Below, piece after piece: positions 49,001-59,593 of a stretch of 59,593 nt of DNA. A program made the translations under genes and the position numbers. The notes beneath the pieces are model-generated. The model was given only the letters and a program-made list of their open reading frames with translations, was not told the DNA's origin and did no database searches. This stretch comes from Malacoraja senta. Its lineage: Eukaryota. Positions within the stretch are counted from its first letter, which is position 1, and each line of letters starts with the position of its first letter. The stretch covers positions 124,001 through 183,593 of the forward strand of contig JAXLNO010000346.1 of the NCBI GenBank assembly GCA_038087875.1. Reading direction: 5' to 3'.

Positions 49001-52000
49001 CTGCGGCTGCCCACCTACCTGCTGCTGGCCATCGACGGCAACGGGGAGAGTGAGCTGGCGGCCTGTGGTTGCTGCATCGCGAGGAGCGTGAGACCATCCG
49101 GCAGCTTCTGCGCATCTTCAGGCAGAAGAACCCGGCGGCGGAGGGAACGCGGGCGGTGGTGGTCAGCGGCAAGGTGTGCGACGGGGAGCTGGTGACCGAC
49201 GTGCTGCCCCACTGCAAGCCGCTGGCCTGCCTCGCCCACACCCTGAGCGTCTTCCAGGACGATGTGACCGCAGAGAAGCTGCACCTGACCGCCGGGCAAC
49301 AGTAAGCACTGGCACCGCCATTCCCTCGTGGGACCGGAGTGGAGCGGGCGGGTGGTGGATGGGGGTTCCCAAATATTCCTCCTCCTGTCACATTGTGTTG
49401 GTTCGTTAAAGTTGTGACTCTCATCCCTCTGCACAATCCAGTCTACCCTTGTCCCATCTCCTCCACCCTCTGCCCCCTCTCTTTCTTTCTTTCTTTCTTA
49501 CCGCTCCTTCTTCCCTTCTCCCCCTCCTTTCTCAATCTTCCTCTCCTCTTCCTCCGTCCCACCCCTCTCCTCCCCCCTCCTCTCCTCCGCCCCTTTCCCC
49601 TACTCCTGTTTCCTCCTCCTGCTCACACTCCTCCCCTCCATCACCCACTCCTCCCCTGCTTCACACTTCCTCTCCTCCACCCCTCCTCTTTCCCCCTCCC
49701 ATCCCTCCTCCCCTCTTTCCCCCCCCCCCCTCTCCTTCCCTCTACTCTCTTCCTGCCCCCTCTACTCCACCATTGGGCATCAATAAGCTCTGGAATTGTG
49801 ATTCCGTTGTGGGACCGGGGCTGGGGAGGGAGGGGCGGGGGTAGGTTGGATTTTCTCAAATATTCATCCTACTGTCAGGGCGTGGGTCAGATAAAGGTGT
49901 GACTCATTCCTCAACATGGTCCGCACAATCCAGTCTTCCCTGCCCCACTCTCCCTCCTCCATTCCACCCTCCTCTCCCTTTCTGTAGATGGGGCATCTTG
50001 GTCAGCATTAGATGGGGCATCTTGGTCAGCATTAGATGGGGCATCTTGGTCAGCAAGGACCAGTTGGGCCGAGCGGCCTATTTCCATGCTGTTTGACTCC
50101 ACTGTTCAGTGGTCATTGAGGAGGTCACTTTATTTTTCTTCTGGAAAGAAATGGTGGAGTTTTTCTTTTTAGTTGCCTTCTGTTGTTCTTTAAAGGTTTC
50201 CCAATCCTCTGGCTTCCCGCTTATCTTTCCAATGTTATACGTCTTCTCTTTTATTTTTATACTGTCCTTGACTTCCCTTGTCAGTCACGGCCACCTCTTA
50301 CTCCTCTTAGAATCTTTCTTCCTCTTTGGAATGAAATGATCCTGCATCTTCTGGATTATTCCCAGAAATTCCCGCCATTGCTGTTCCATTGTCATCCGTG
50401 CTAGGGTCCCTTTCCAGTCAACTTTGGCCATCGCCTCCTTCATACCTTCATAGTCCCTTTTATTCACACTGCAACACTTCTGATTTAACCTTCTCCCTCG
50501 CAAATTGCAGATTAAAACTTATCATATTATGGTCACCACCTCTTAATGGCTCCTTTACCTTGAGTTCCCTTATCAAATCCGGTTCATTACACAACACTAA
50601 ATCCAGAATTGCTTTCTCCCTGGTAGGCTCCAGTACAGGCTGCTCTAAGAATCCATCTCGGAGGCACCCTGCAAACTCCCTTTCTTGGGTCCAGTACCAA
50701 CCAGATTTCCCAGTCTACCTGCATATTGAATTCCCCCGTAACCTCTGACACCCGCACTAATCAAGAATCTATCTATCTCTGCCTTAAATATATCCACTGA
50801 CTTTGCCTCCACAACCTTCTGTGGGCAAGAATTCCAGATTCACCACCCTTGCCTGTTCCAGACACTCAGCATCTTCCGTGTAAAATGAAAATGAGAAAAA
50901 AAACTTGCCTCGCACATCTCCTTCAAACTTTGCCCCTCTCACCATTTTATCTTTCAGAAGATTCCCTTTCCACTGATAGACAGGCCCTCTGATACTTATT
51001 GACCAAAGATAGACACAAAATGCTGGAGTAACTCAGCAGGACTTACCGAGCCCTTTATCATGATTTATTACTGTATGTTTCCTCAAATATTGTTTGACCG
51101 TTTTGCACCATGACAACCTTTACTCCCTGGTGTACTCTGGACACATTACTATGTGCGTCCCCCAGTAATTTATTACTGTCTGTTTCCCTCTCGGCTTACA
51201 TTGTTGTGCCCCCTCCAACATCACTCACTCGTTGTGTTCCTTTGTTTTCAGTGACTGGTGCAACACAGCAAGAATCGTCGTCTCCAGCCACCGAGGCAAG
51301 TAGATGTGCGCAAGAACTGATTTCAGATCTGACTGACAGACAGTGGGAGCCGCGCCCAGTCAGTGATTCCCCGTGATCCCAGGAATCAGGATCTAAGTTG
51401 CTTTCTCTTCATACCCCCGTGTTTTACGCTTGTGTGTCTGAGTGTGTGTTTGTGTGTGTGTACAGATGCCCCCAATGAACACTGCCATATATCGATCACC
51501 ATTGATAACGAACTGTCACTCTGCCCTGTGTTGCGTGTGTGTGTGCACTTGTGTGTATGTGTATGGATGCATCCAACATGTGCGTGACCGCATGTATGTC
51601 GTGTAGTCAGCCCTGTGTGCGTTATGCATGTGTACACGTATGTACATGTGTGAGTGAACATGTGTGTAGTTGCATCCAATGAACACTGCCATACACTGAT
51701 AGCGAATTGTCGGTCGGCCCTGTGTGTGTTATGCATTTGTGTGTACATGTACGTGTGAGTGTGAGTGAAGGTGTGTGTGTGTGCGCAGATGCATTCAATG
51801 AACACTGCCATACACTGATCATCATTGATAATGAACTGTCGGTCGGCCCTGTGTGTGTTATGTGCGTGTGTATGCATAGATGCATCCAATGAAGATTGCC
51901 AGACACCGCTTGCCATTGATAGTGAACAGTCAGTCGGCCTCTGATTGAGCTTTGAAGCTGAATTAATTTGCGGAGTGTCGCGGTCGATGAATTTCAACAC

Positions 52001-54428
52001 TTTATCCTTGAAGTGATTTTAATGGTGTTCTTCAACTGGACTGGGATCGGGTTCTGACATTCCAGGGATCATGACATCCATTCAGTAGGAATTTTAAGCA
52101 GCAAACAGGAGCCAGGATTGGATAACTGAACACAGTTCTGTTCTCTCTGCGGGAGCAATGACTGTGATCGGCTGATTCCTTGCAGGCTGGGAAAAAGACC
52201 TATGTGTTCCCTGGTCAGTCTGACTATGTACATCCTCTTGTCTTCCCTTAGGCTACTGCAGAGACACAGGGACCTGGAAATGTCCAGGAAACATAGGAAA
52301 TGTTGGAAATACAGTGGCTGTGAAAGATTTCTGGTCAAGGGAGAAGGTGGTGGCACTTAACATGTGTTTTATACTTTCGTCAACTTGCAGCAGATTTATT
52401 TTGATTGGGATCAACATTTTCTAAAGTTTACTATAAAAATCGGGTCTAGTTGGATGTTGGGTCGCTTCTCAGTCATGTGATGGAGCTTTCAATCCTATCC
52501 CTCTATCCACAACTTGAGCCTATATTCGTAACCGTGAAGAATGAAAGTACTGCAGCAACTCAGCGGGTCAGGCAGCATGTGTGGAGGGAATGGACAGGAA
52601 GCATTTTGGGTTTGTTCCCGACCAAAAACATCATCTGTCCAATGCTGCCGCACATGTAGGATGACCTGCTGAGTTCCTCCAGCACTTTGTTTTTAGCTTA
52701 AGATTCCAGCATCTGCTGTTTCATATGTTCAAGGAGCAGAATTAGGCCATCAAGTTTACTCTGCCATTCAATCATGGCTAATCTATCTTACCCTCTCAAC
52801 CCCATTCTCCTGCCTTCTCCCCATAACACCTGACACACTTACTAATCAAAAATCTGTCAATCTCCTCCTTAAAAATACACACTGATGGCCTCCGCCGCCG
52901 TCTGTGAAATGAATTCCACAGAATCACCACCCTCTGTCTAAAGAAATTCCTCCTCATCTTTTTACTGGTGTGTCCTTTTATTCTGATGCTATGGCCTCTG
53001 GTCCAAGGCCCTCCCACTAGTGGAGACAACCTCTCCACATCCACTCTATCCATGCCTTTCACAATTCAAACTATTCAACACAGTTTATTGTGTCTTCTTT
53101 GAAACCATCACTCAGTGCCACAGTTAGACTACATACAATGAAAATTCACTCTATCTGCTGTTCCTGGGACCATTGGAGCATCTCTGGGCTTTTCAGGTTG
53201 TTTAATTATTTGGTGTCTCGTTCTCTGTCCTGTGTTCCTTATCTCAGTTGGTGAAATGGTTGGACATGTGTTCCCGTATTAGATCAGCATTCGCATGTAA
53301 ATATTCGGGTCACGCCTGAGATTTGATCAGAGTTTGCACTTAGATTTAAAATTTAGATATAATTTTTATATAGCTTTCTTCAATCCCTATGACGTTTGCC
53401 CTTACAGCTGATAAAGTAATTGTTGCTGTCAGTTTGCATGAAGTGTGTAACAATATGGTTAATAATGATGACCGATGGTCAGCACATTGGATAAGAGTGA
53501 AGTGTGTTTAATTGTCATATGCAACAGTAGTGGAACAAGTGAAATACCTGCTTGCTGCAGCTTTGCAGGCATATTAAAAGCAAGAACACGTCAAATAATA
53601 TCATAAAATATGAGTTATTTGATGTCACCTGGACCATGGCTGTGCAAGGTGGTTGGATCATTGAGAGCTTGACAGGATACGATGGTCAGTGGCGATGGTC
53701 TCTCGTCCTGGGGACTGTACCATGTTTGGGTTCTTTTCTGGTATACAGTTCCCTTGGAAGCTTGAATACATCCCATCAAAACGGATGTATTCAAGAGAGT
53801 TAGACATACCACTTAGGGCTAACAGAATCAAGGGATATGGGGAGAAAGCAGGAACAAGGTTATGATTCTGGATGATCAGCCATCATGATATTGAATGGCT
53901 TTTTTGGCTGCAAGGGCTGAATGGCCTACTCCTGCACCTATTTTCAATGTTTCTATATAGATAGCATATTGTTTACTGCTCAGGATGTTTCCAGGAATGG
54001 AATAATGGAGTGGAATTATGCTAAAATAGATCATAGCATTATTGTTTATGTCAGTTAGTGATGGCACTGCTTAAGACAACGTAGGTTAGTATTTATTTCT
54101 GGAAAGGCGGAATTACAATTTCAAAGTTACTGAGTTCTGATTCTGCTTCATATGTGGAAAGACGTATGACTCTACATGGAAGCATTGGAGATGATACAAA
54201 CATGATCAACAGGTGTGGTACCAAAATTGGGAATTATTACTCATCTTTTGAACAATGAGTTAATTTGACTGGGAAAAACAGGAACTTAACAAGATACTAA
54301 AGTTCTCCATTTTGCCAACTACCAACCCTTGCAGACAACCATGGCTTATTCCAGACCAAACCATATGTCACTTTAACCACTTATTTGCTGTGGAGATCTA
54401 GGAGAGGGCTGAGGTTCCCAGTGTAGTA

Positions 54429-55722
54429 CAGATTCAGATTCAGATTCACCTTTATGGTCATTGTGCAGTACAGAGACAACGAAATGCAGTTAGCATCTCC
54501 CTGGAAGAGCGACATAAGTATGAGCAATAAATAAATCTAATAAATCCTGGTGGGAGGAGTGTCCGGGGGGGGAGGGGGTGATTGGCAGTCACCGAGGTAC
54601 AGCGAGACCTGGGTGTCATGGTACACCAGTCATTGAAAGTAGGCATGCAGGTGCAGCAGGCAGTGAAGAAAGCGAATGGTATGTTGGCCTTCATAGCAAG
54701 AGGATTTGAGTATAGGAGCAGGGAGGTTCTACTGCAGTTGTACAGGGTCTTGGTGAGACCACACCTGGAGTATTGCGTACAGTTTTGGTCTCCAAATCTG
54801 AGGAAGGACATTATAGCCATAGAGGGAGTGCAGAGAAGGTTCACCAGACTGATTCCTGGGATGTCAGGACTTTCATATGAAGAAAGACTGGATAGACTTG
54901 GCTTATACTCGCTAGAATTTAGGAGATTGAGAGGGGGATCTTATAGAAACGTACAAAATTCTTATGGGGTTGGACAGGCTAGATGCAGGAAGATTGTTCC
55001 CGATGTTGGGGAAGTCCAGGACAAGGGGTCACAGCTTAAGGATAAGGGGGAAATCCTTTAAGACTGAGATGAGGAAAAACTTTTTCACACAGAGAGTGGT
55101 GAATCTCTGGAACTCTCTGCCACAGAGGGTAGTTGAGGCCAGTTCATTGGCTATATTTAAGAGGGAGTTAGATGTGGCCCTTGTGGCTAAAGGGATCAGG
55201 GGGTATGGAGAGAAGGCAGGTACGGGATACTGAGTTGGATGATCAGCCATGATCATATTGAATGGCGGTGCAGGATCGAAGGGCCGAATGGCCTACTCCT
55301 GCACCTATTTTCTATGTATCTATGTATCTATGTTGAGTAGTGTAACAGCCGCAGGGAAGAAGCTGTTCCTGGACCTGCTGGTCCGACAACGGAGAGACCT
55401 GGAGCGCCTCCCGGATGGTAAACACTGTGGTTGGGGTGAGAGCAGTCCTTGGCGATGCTGAGCGCCCTTCGCAGACAAACGCTTGCTTTGGACAGACTCA
55501 ATGGAGGGGAGTGAGGAAACGGTGATGCGTTGGGCAATTTTCACCACCCTCTGCAGTGCTTTCCAGCCGGAGACAGAGCAGTTGCCATACCATACTGTGA
55601 TACAGTTGGTAAGGATGCTCTCGATGGTGCAGCGGTAGAAGTTCACCAGAATCTTAGGAGACAGATGGACCTTCTTTAGTCTCCTCAGGAGGAGAGACGC
55701 TGGTGAGCCTTCTTGACCAGAG
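54429..55722 (-). mobile_element. Rex1/Babar-type LINE 3' fragment interrupted by a CR1 fragment
   Basis: LRRLKKVHLSPKILVNFYRCTIESILTNCITVWYG..LQRVVKIAQRI..LPSGRR..RNSFFPAAVTLLN; (tgaatc)n tail at 54429. Confidence 0.85.
54600..55331 (+). mobile_element. Young CR1 3' fragment (same family as 15836 and 40415)
   Basis: QRDLGVMVHQSLKV...GEKAGTGY* with one frameshift; (ctatgtat)n tail. Confidence 0.92.
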
Positions 55723-56879
55723 TTGAGGTATTGTGTTGAGTGCCTGGAATGCGCTGCCAAGGTTGGGGTTGAGACAGATACGATAGTGGCATTTAAGAGG
55801 TTTTTTGATAGGTACATGAATATGAAAGGAATGCATGGATATAGATTATACACAGGTGAGCAAGAGATGGTCTTGGCACCATGTTCAACGCAGATATTGT
55901 GGCCCAAAGGGTCTGTTCTTCTGCTGTACAGTTCTATGAACAAATGTACAGCTTTAAGATGCAACAATCAGACTACAAGAACACAGATTTGCTGTATAAA
56001 GACATTCAGTTTCAACTTGATTAATAAAAGCTGCTTCTTCTCTCTGATCAATGGCAGTCGTCAATTTGACCAACGTCATTGGAAAATCTCACTGGAGATG
56101 AATTTGGGCATTGCCATTATTTTGCTGAGCTAGATGCTAGGTTATCAAATCATGCATTAAAATAACCATATGCGATTAATGATAGATGTGCCAAAAATGT
56201 CTGCAAAATTACGTCACATTAACACAATTTTTAACTTTCTGGTATCATAAACAATAGCATTATTATACTGCAACAAACACATTACTGGAGAAACTCAGCG
56301 GGTACTTCCAAGTACTGTGGAAGCAAGGGAATAATCTATGTCTCTTGTCGAGACCCTGCGCCAGGACTGAGAGTGTAAAGAGGAGATAACCAGAGGAGAG
56401 GGTGAAGATTTACAAAGTAGAGCTGCAGCAGTTGAATTTCATTTGAGGACCCTCTGGAATGAATCCAAAGCCTAGATATTTAGCGCCACTCAAAACTGCA
56501 GCCCAACTTAGTAGGCAGTGAAATTGAGAGTCTTGCGGCTGTTATGGAACTGTAATTATTACTTGGTGCTGCAAGGCCAAGACTAAACAACTGAAATGCA
56601 GTACTTTGATACGCTGGTTAGGGGAGTGAGTAAAACAATTTAAGATGCTGAACTTGACAATTAGTTATTTATGAGTTTTTTTCCCAGTTCTATGGCATTC
56701 TTCTATATCCTTCGATTGGCACCTGGATATGCAGGGAATGGAGGGGTATGGATCACGTGCAGGCAGAGAGGATTAGTTTATCTTGGCATCATGTTCAGCA
56801 CAGACATTGTGGTCCAAAGGGCCATAATGTTCTTTGTTCTATTCCTTTCTTTTAGTCAATCAACTTTAGCTTAAGCTTA

Positions 56880-59593
56880 ACCTGCCCGGGCCCCGCGACG
56901 CCATCTTGGCCACAAGGAGCGCCTCCAGTCCTCACCAAGACGCCGCCTTCACCGACCTCCACGTCGATGCTGCCGCCGACCTTCACCTGCCGACCGATGA
57001 CGCGCAGCCTCGTCGCTTCAACGGGAACTCGGACTTCCTCCCCATCGCCGATTCCTCCCAACCTCATCGCCGCACCGGGCCCGCCCAACCTCACCGCCCC
57101 CGCACCGGGCCCGCCCAACCTCATCGCCCCCCGGGCCCGCCCAACCTCATCGCCGCACCGGGCCCGCCCAACCTCATCGCCGCACCGGGCCCGCCCAACC
57201 TCATCGCCGCACCGGGCCCGCCCAACCTCATCGCCGCACCGGGCCCGCCCAACCTCATCGCCGCACCGGGCCCGCCCAACCTCATCGCCGCACCGGGCCC
57301 GCCCAACCTCATCGCCGCACCGGGCCCGCCCAACCTCATCGCCGCACCGGGCCCGCCCAACCTCATCGCCCCCCCCGGGCCCGCCCAACCTCATCGCCCC
57401 CGGCCCGCCCAACCTCATCGCCCCCGGGCCCGCCCAACCTCATCGCCGCCCCGGGCCCGCCCAACCTCATCGCCGCACCGGGCCCGCCCAACCTCATCGC
57501 CCCCCCCGGGCCCGCCCAACCTCATCGCCGCACCGGGCCCGCCCAACCTCATCGCCGCACCGGGCCCGCCCAACCTCATCGCCCCCGGGCCCGCCCAACC
57601 TCATCGCCGCACCGGGCCCGCCCAACCTCATCGCCGCACCGGGCCCGCCCAACCTCATCGCCGCACCGGGCCCGCCCAACCTCATCGCCCCCGGGCCCGC
57701 CCAACCTCATCGCCGCACCGGGCCCGCCCAACCTCATCGCCCCCGGGCCCGCCCAACCTCATCGCCGCACCGGGCCCGCCCAACCTCATCGCCGCACCGG
57801 GCCCGCCCAACCTCATCGCCGCACCGGGCCCGCCCAACCTCATCGCCCCCGGGCCCGCCCAACCTCATCGCCGCACCGGGCCCGCCCAACCTCATCGCCC
57901 CCCCCGGGCCCGCCCAACCTCATCGCCCCCGGGCCCGCCCAACCTCATCGCCGCACCGGGCCCGCCCAACCTCATCGCCCCCGGGCCCGCCCAACCTCAT
58001 CGCCGCACCGGGCCCGCCCAACCTCATCGCCGCACCGGGCCCAACCTCATCGCCGCACCGGGCCCGCCCAACCTCATCGCCGCACTGGGCCCGCCCAACC
58101 TCATCGCCGCACCGGGCCCAACCTCATCGCCGCACCGGGCCCGCCCAACCTCATCGCCGCACCGGGCCCGCCCAACCTCATCGCCGCACCGGGCCCGCCC
58201 AACCTCATCGCCCCCGGGCCCGCCCAACCTCATCGCCCCCGGGCCCGCCCAACCTCATCGCCGCACCGGGCCCGCCCAACCTCATCGCCCCCGGGCCCGC
58301 CCAACCTCATCGCCGCACCGGGCCCGCCCAACCTCATCGCCGCACTGGGCCCGCCCAACCTCATCGCCGCACCGGGCCCAACCTCATCGCCGCACCGGGC
58401 CCGCCCAACCTCATCGCCGCACCGGGCCCGCCCAACCTCATCGCCGCACCGGGCCCGCCCAACCTCATCGCCCCCGGGCCCGCCCAACCTCATCGCCGCA
58501 CCGGGCCCGCCCAACCTCATCGCCCCCCCCGGGCCCGCCCAACCTCATCGCCCCCGGGCCCGCCCAACCTCATCGCCGCACCGGGCCCGCCCAACCTCAT
58601 CGCCCCCGGGCCCGCCCAACCTCATCGCCGCACCGGGCCCGCCCAACCTCATCGCCCCCGGGCCCGCCCAACCTCATCGCCGCACCGGGCCCGCCCAACC
58701 TCATCGCCGCACTGGGCCCGCCCAACCTCATCGCCGCACCGGGCCCAACCTCATCGCCGCACCGGGCCCGCCCAACCTCATCGCCGCCCCCGGGCCCGCC
58801 CAACCTCATCGCCGCACCGGGCCCGCCCAACCTCATCGCCGCACCGGGCCCGCCCAACCTCATCGCCGCACTGGGCCCGCCCAACCTCATCGTCGCCGCA
58901 CCGGGCCCGCCTAATATTGCCGCCGAACCCGGGCCTATTTAACATGGCCGCCGCCGCCGCCGCCGCCGCCCCGCACCCGACTCATCGCCTCACTGGGTTG
59001 GTCGAACCGCGCCGCCCCACCGACCATCCGCCCACCGGGACCTCCCTCCCTCCCACGCATCGCCCGCGGACCCCGACTCTACTGCCCTCGGGTCCGCCGA
59101 CCCTCGCCATTGCACCTCCCTCCAGCCCCGCAGCCTTCGCCTCACCTGCAGACTGGTCTCTGTACTGGGCCTGAAGCCTCCACGCTGCTCACTCCCACTC
59201 TCCTGGGTTTGACTCCACTGGGTCCTAGCGCTAGTCTGCCTAGTCCTGGTTACCTCAGTGGCAGTTCCACTGATTCTTCCCCATCCCCCTCCAACTATGG
59301 GACCCCTTCTCTTCCCCACCCACACTACAGCCCTCTCACCCCCCCCCCCCACCCTCTGACCACCCACCACCCCCCACCACACATCGCCTCGTCCCCATTC
59401 CACCCACCTGCCTTCCTCCGACCCCAACCCCCATCCCTGCCGGTTGTTCACCATCCCCCCCCCCCCCCCCCCCCCCGACCTCCCCCTCTCCGACATCGAA
59501 CGGTCTGTCCTCAGCAGAGGTCTTACCTTTGTCCCCCTCCGTCCTCACCTCAATGAGTTCCGCGCCCTCCATGACTTGGAACGCTTCTACCGC
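56880..59593 (+). mobile_element. 5' part of a Penelope-like retroelement running off the window
   Basis: The last ~150 nt translate FTIPP..DLPLSDIERSVLSRGLTFVPLRPHLNEFRALHDLERFYR, matching the LS..E.SVLS.GL.F.P motif before PLE reverse transcriptases. The sharp switch to GC-rich sequence at ~56880 is taken as the start, which is uncertain. Confidence 0.7.
57053..58915. repeat. GC-rich 27-bp minisatellite (~70 units)
   Basis: Unit gggcccgcccaacctcatcgccgcacc with shorter (~23-bp) variants and a cgcactggg variant. Confidence 0.97.

Larger units (their letters stand above)
35422..49301 (+). pseudogene. Gene copy 2: disabled MULE/ZSWIM3-like paralog
   Basis: Exons 35422-35678, 38212-38320, 46814-47051 and 48876-49301 have the same splice sites as copy 1. 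Exon 4 has a 9-bp deletion and a 1-bp deletion near 49060. The SWIM exon is removed by a deletion with its junction near 50167. Confidence 0.85.
33923..53967 (+). repeat. Segmental duplication, copy 2
   Basis: Colinear with 1410-30158. It differs by TE insertions, several deletions and scattered substitutions. Confidence 0.93.

Noticed and set aside
56906..59174. 678-aa and 735-aa Pro-rich ORFs as host genes
   Set aside because: They result from a stop-free minisatellite and drift between three repeat peptides as unit length varies.

Overview
Eukaryotic, repeat-saturated genomic DNA. The HE1-type tRNA-SINEs, HER1/CR1 LINEs and Penelope-type repeats point to a cartilaginous fish, probably a skate or ray (inference). 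The window is a tandem segmental duplication: 1410-30158 aligns by eye with 33923-53967, and 1-1409 is the stump of a third copy. Each unit carries a spliced, multi-exon, plus-strand gene built from a Mutator/MULE transposase (ZSWIM3-like): an N-terminal WRKY/FAR1-type C..C..HxH finger, a MULE core with CxxH and a SWIM finger. All three predicted DDE residues appear replaced, which suggests a domesticated transposase. Copy 1 (6547-21691) has four phase-compatible exons, then an unresolved junction before the SWIM exon; it has a solo LTR in its start exon and lacks the upstream CpG island. Copy 2 (35422-49301) keeps the CpG-island promoter (NRF1/ZNF143/YY1-like motifs) but has a frameshift and a ~3 kb deletion that removes the SWIM exon. 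Comparing the copies shows many insertions present in only one of them: young CR1 LINEs (one near full length with an open ORF2), Rex/Babar ends, an AT-rich Crack/L2-type LINE, a MITE, two GC-rich non-autonomous retroposons sharing a hairpin, a ~720-bp fold-back palindrome and a perfect 104-bp palindrome. Penelope-type repeats with minimal hammerhead-ribozyme cores are scattered throughout. A Penelope-like element with a ~1.9-kb 27-bp minisatellite runs off the right end. All calls are by eye; no searches were run.
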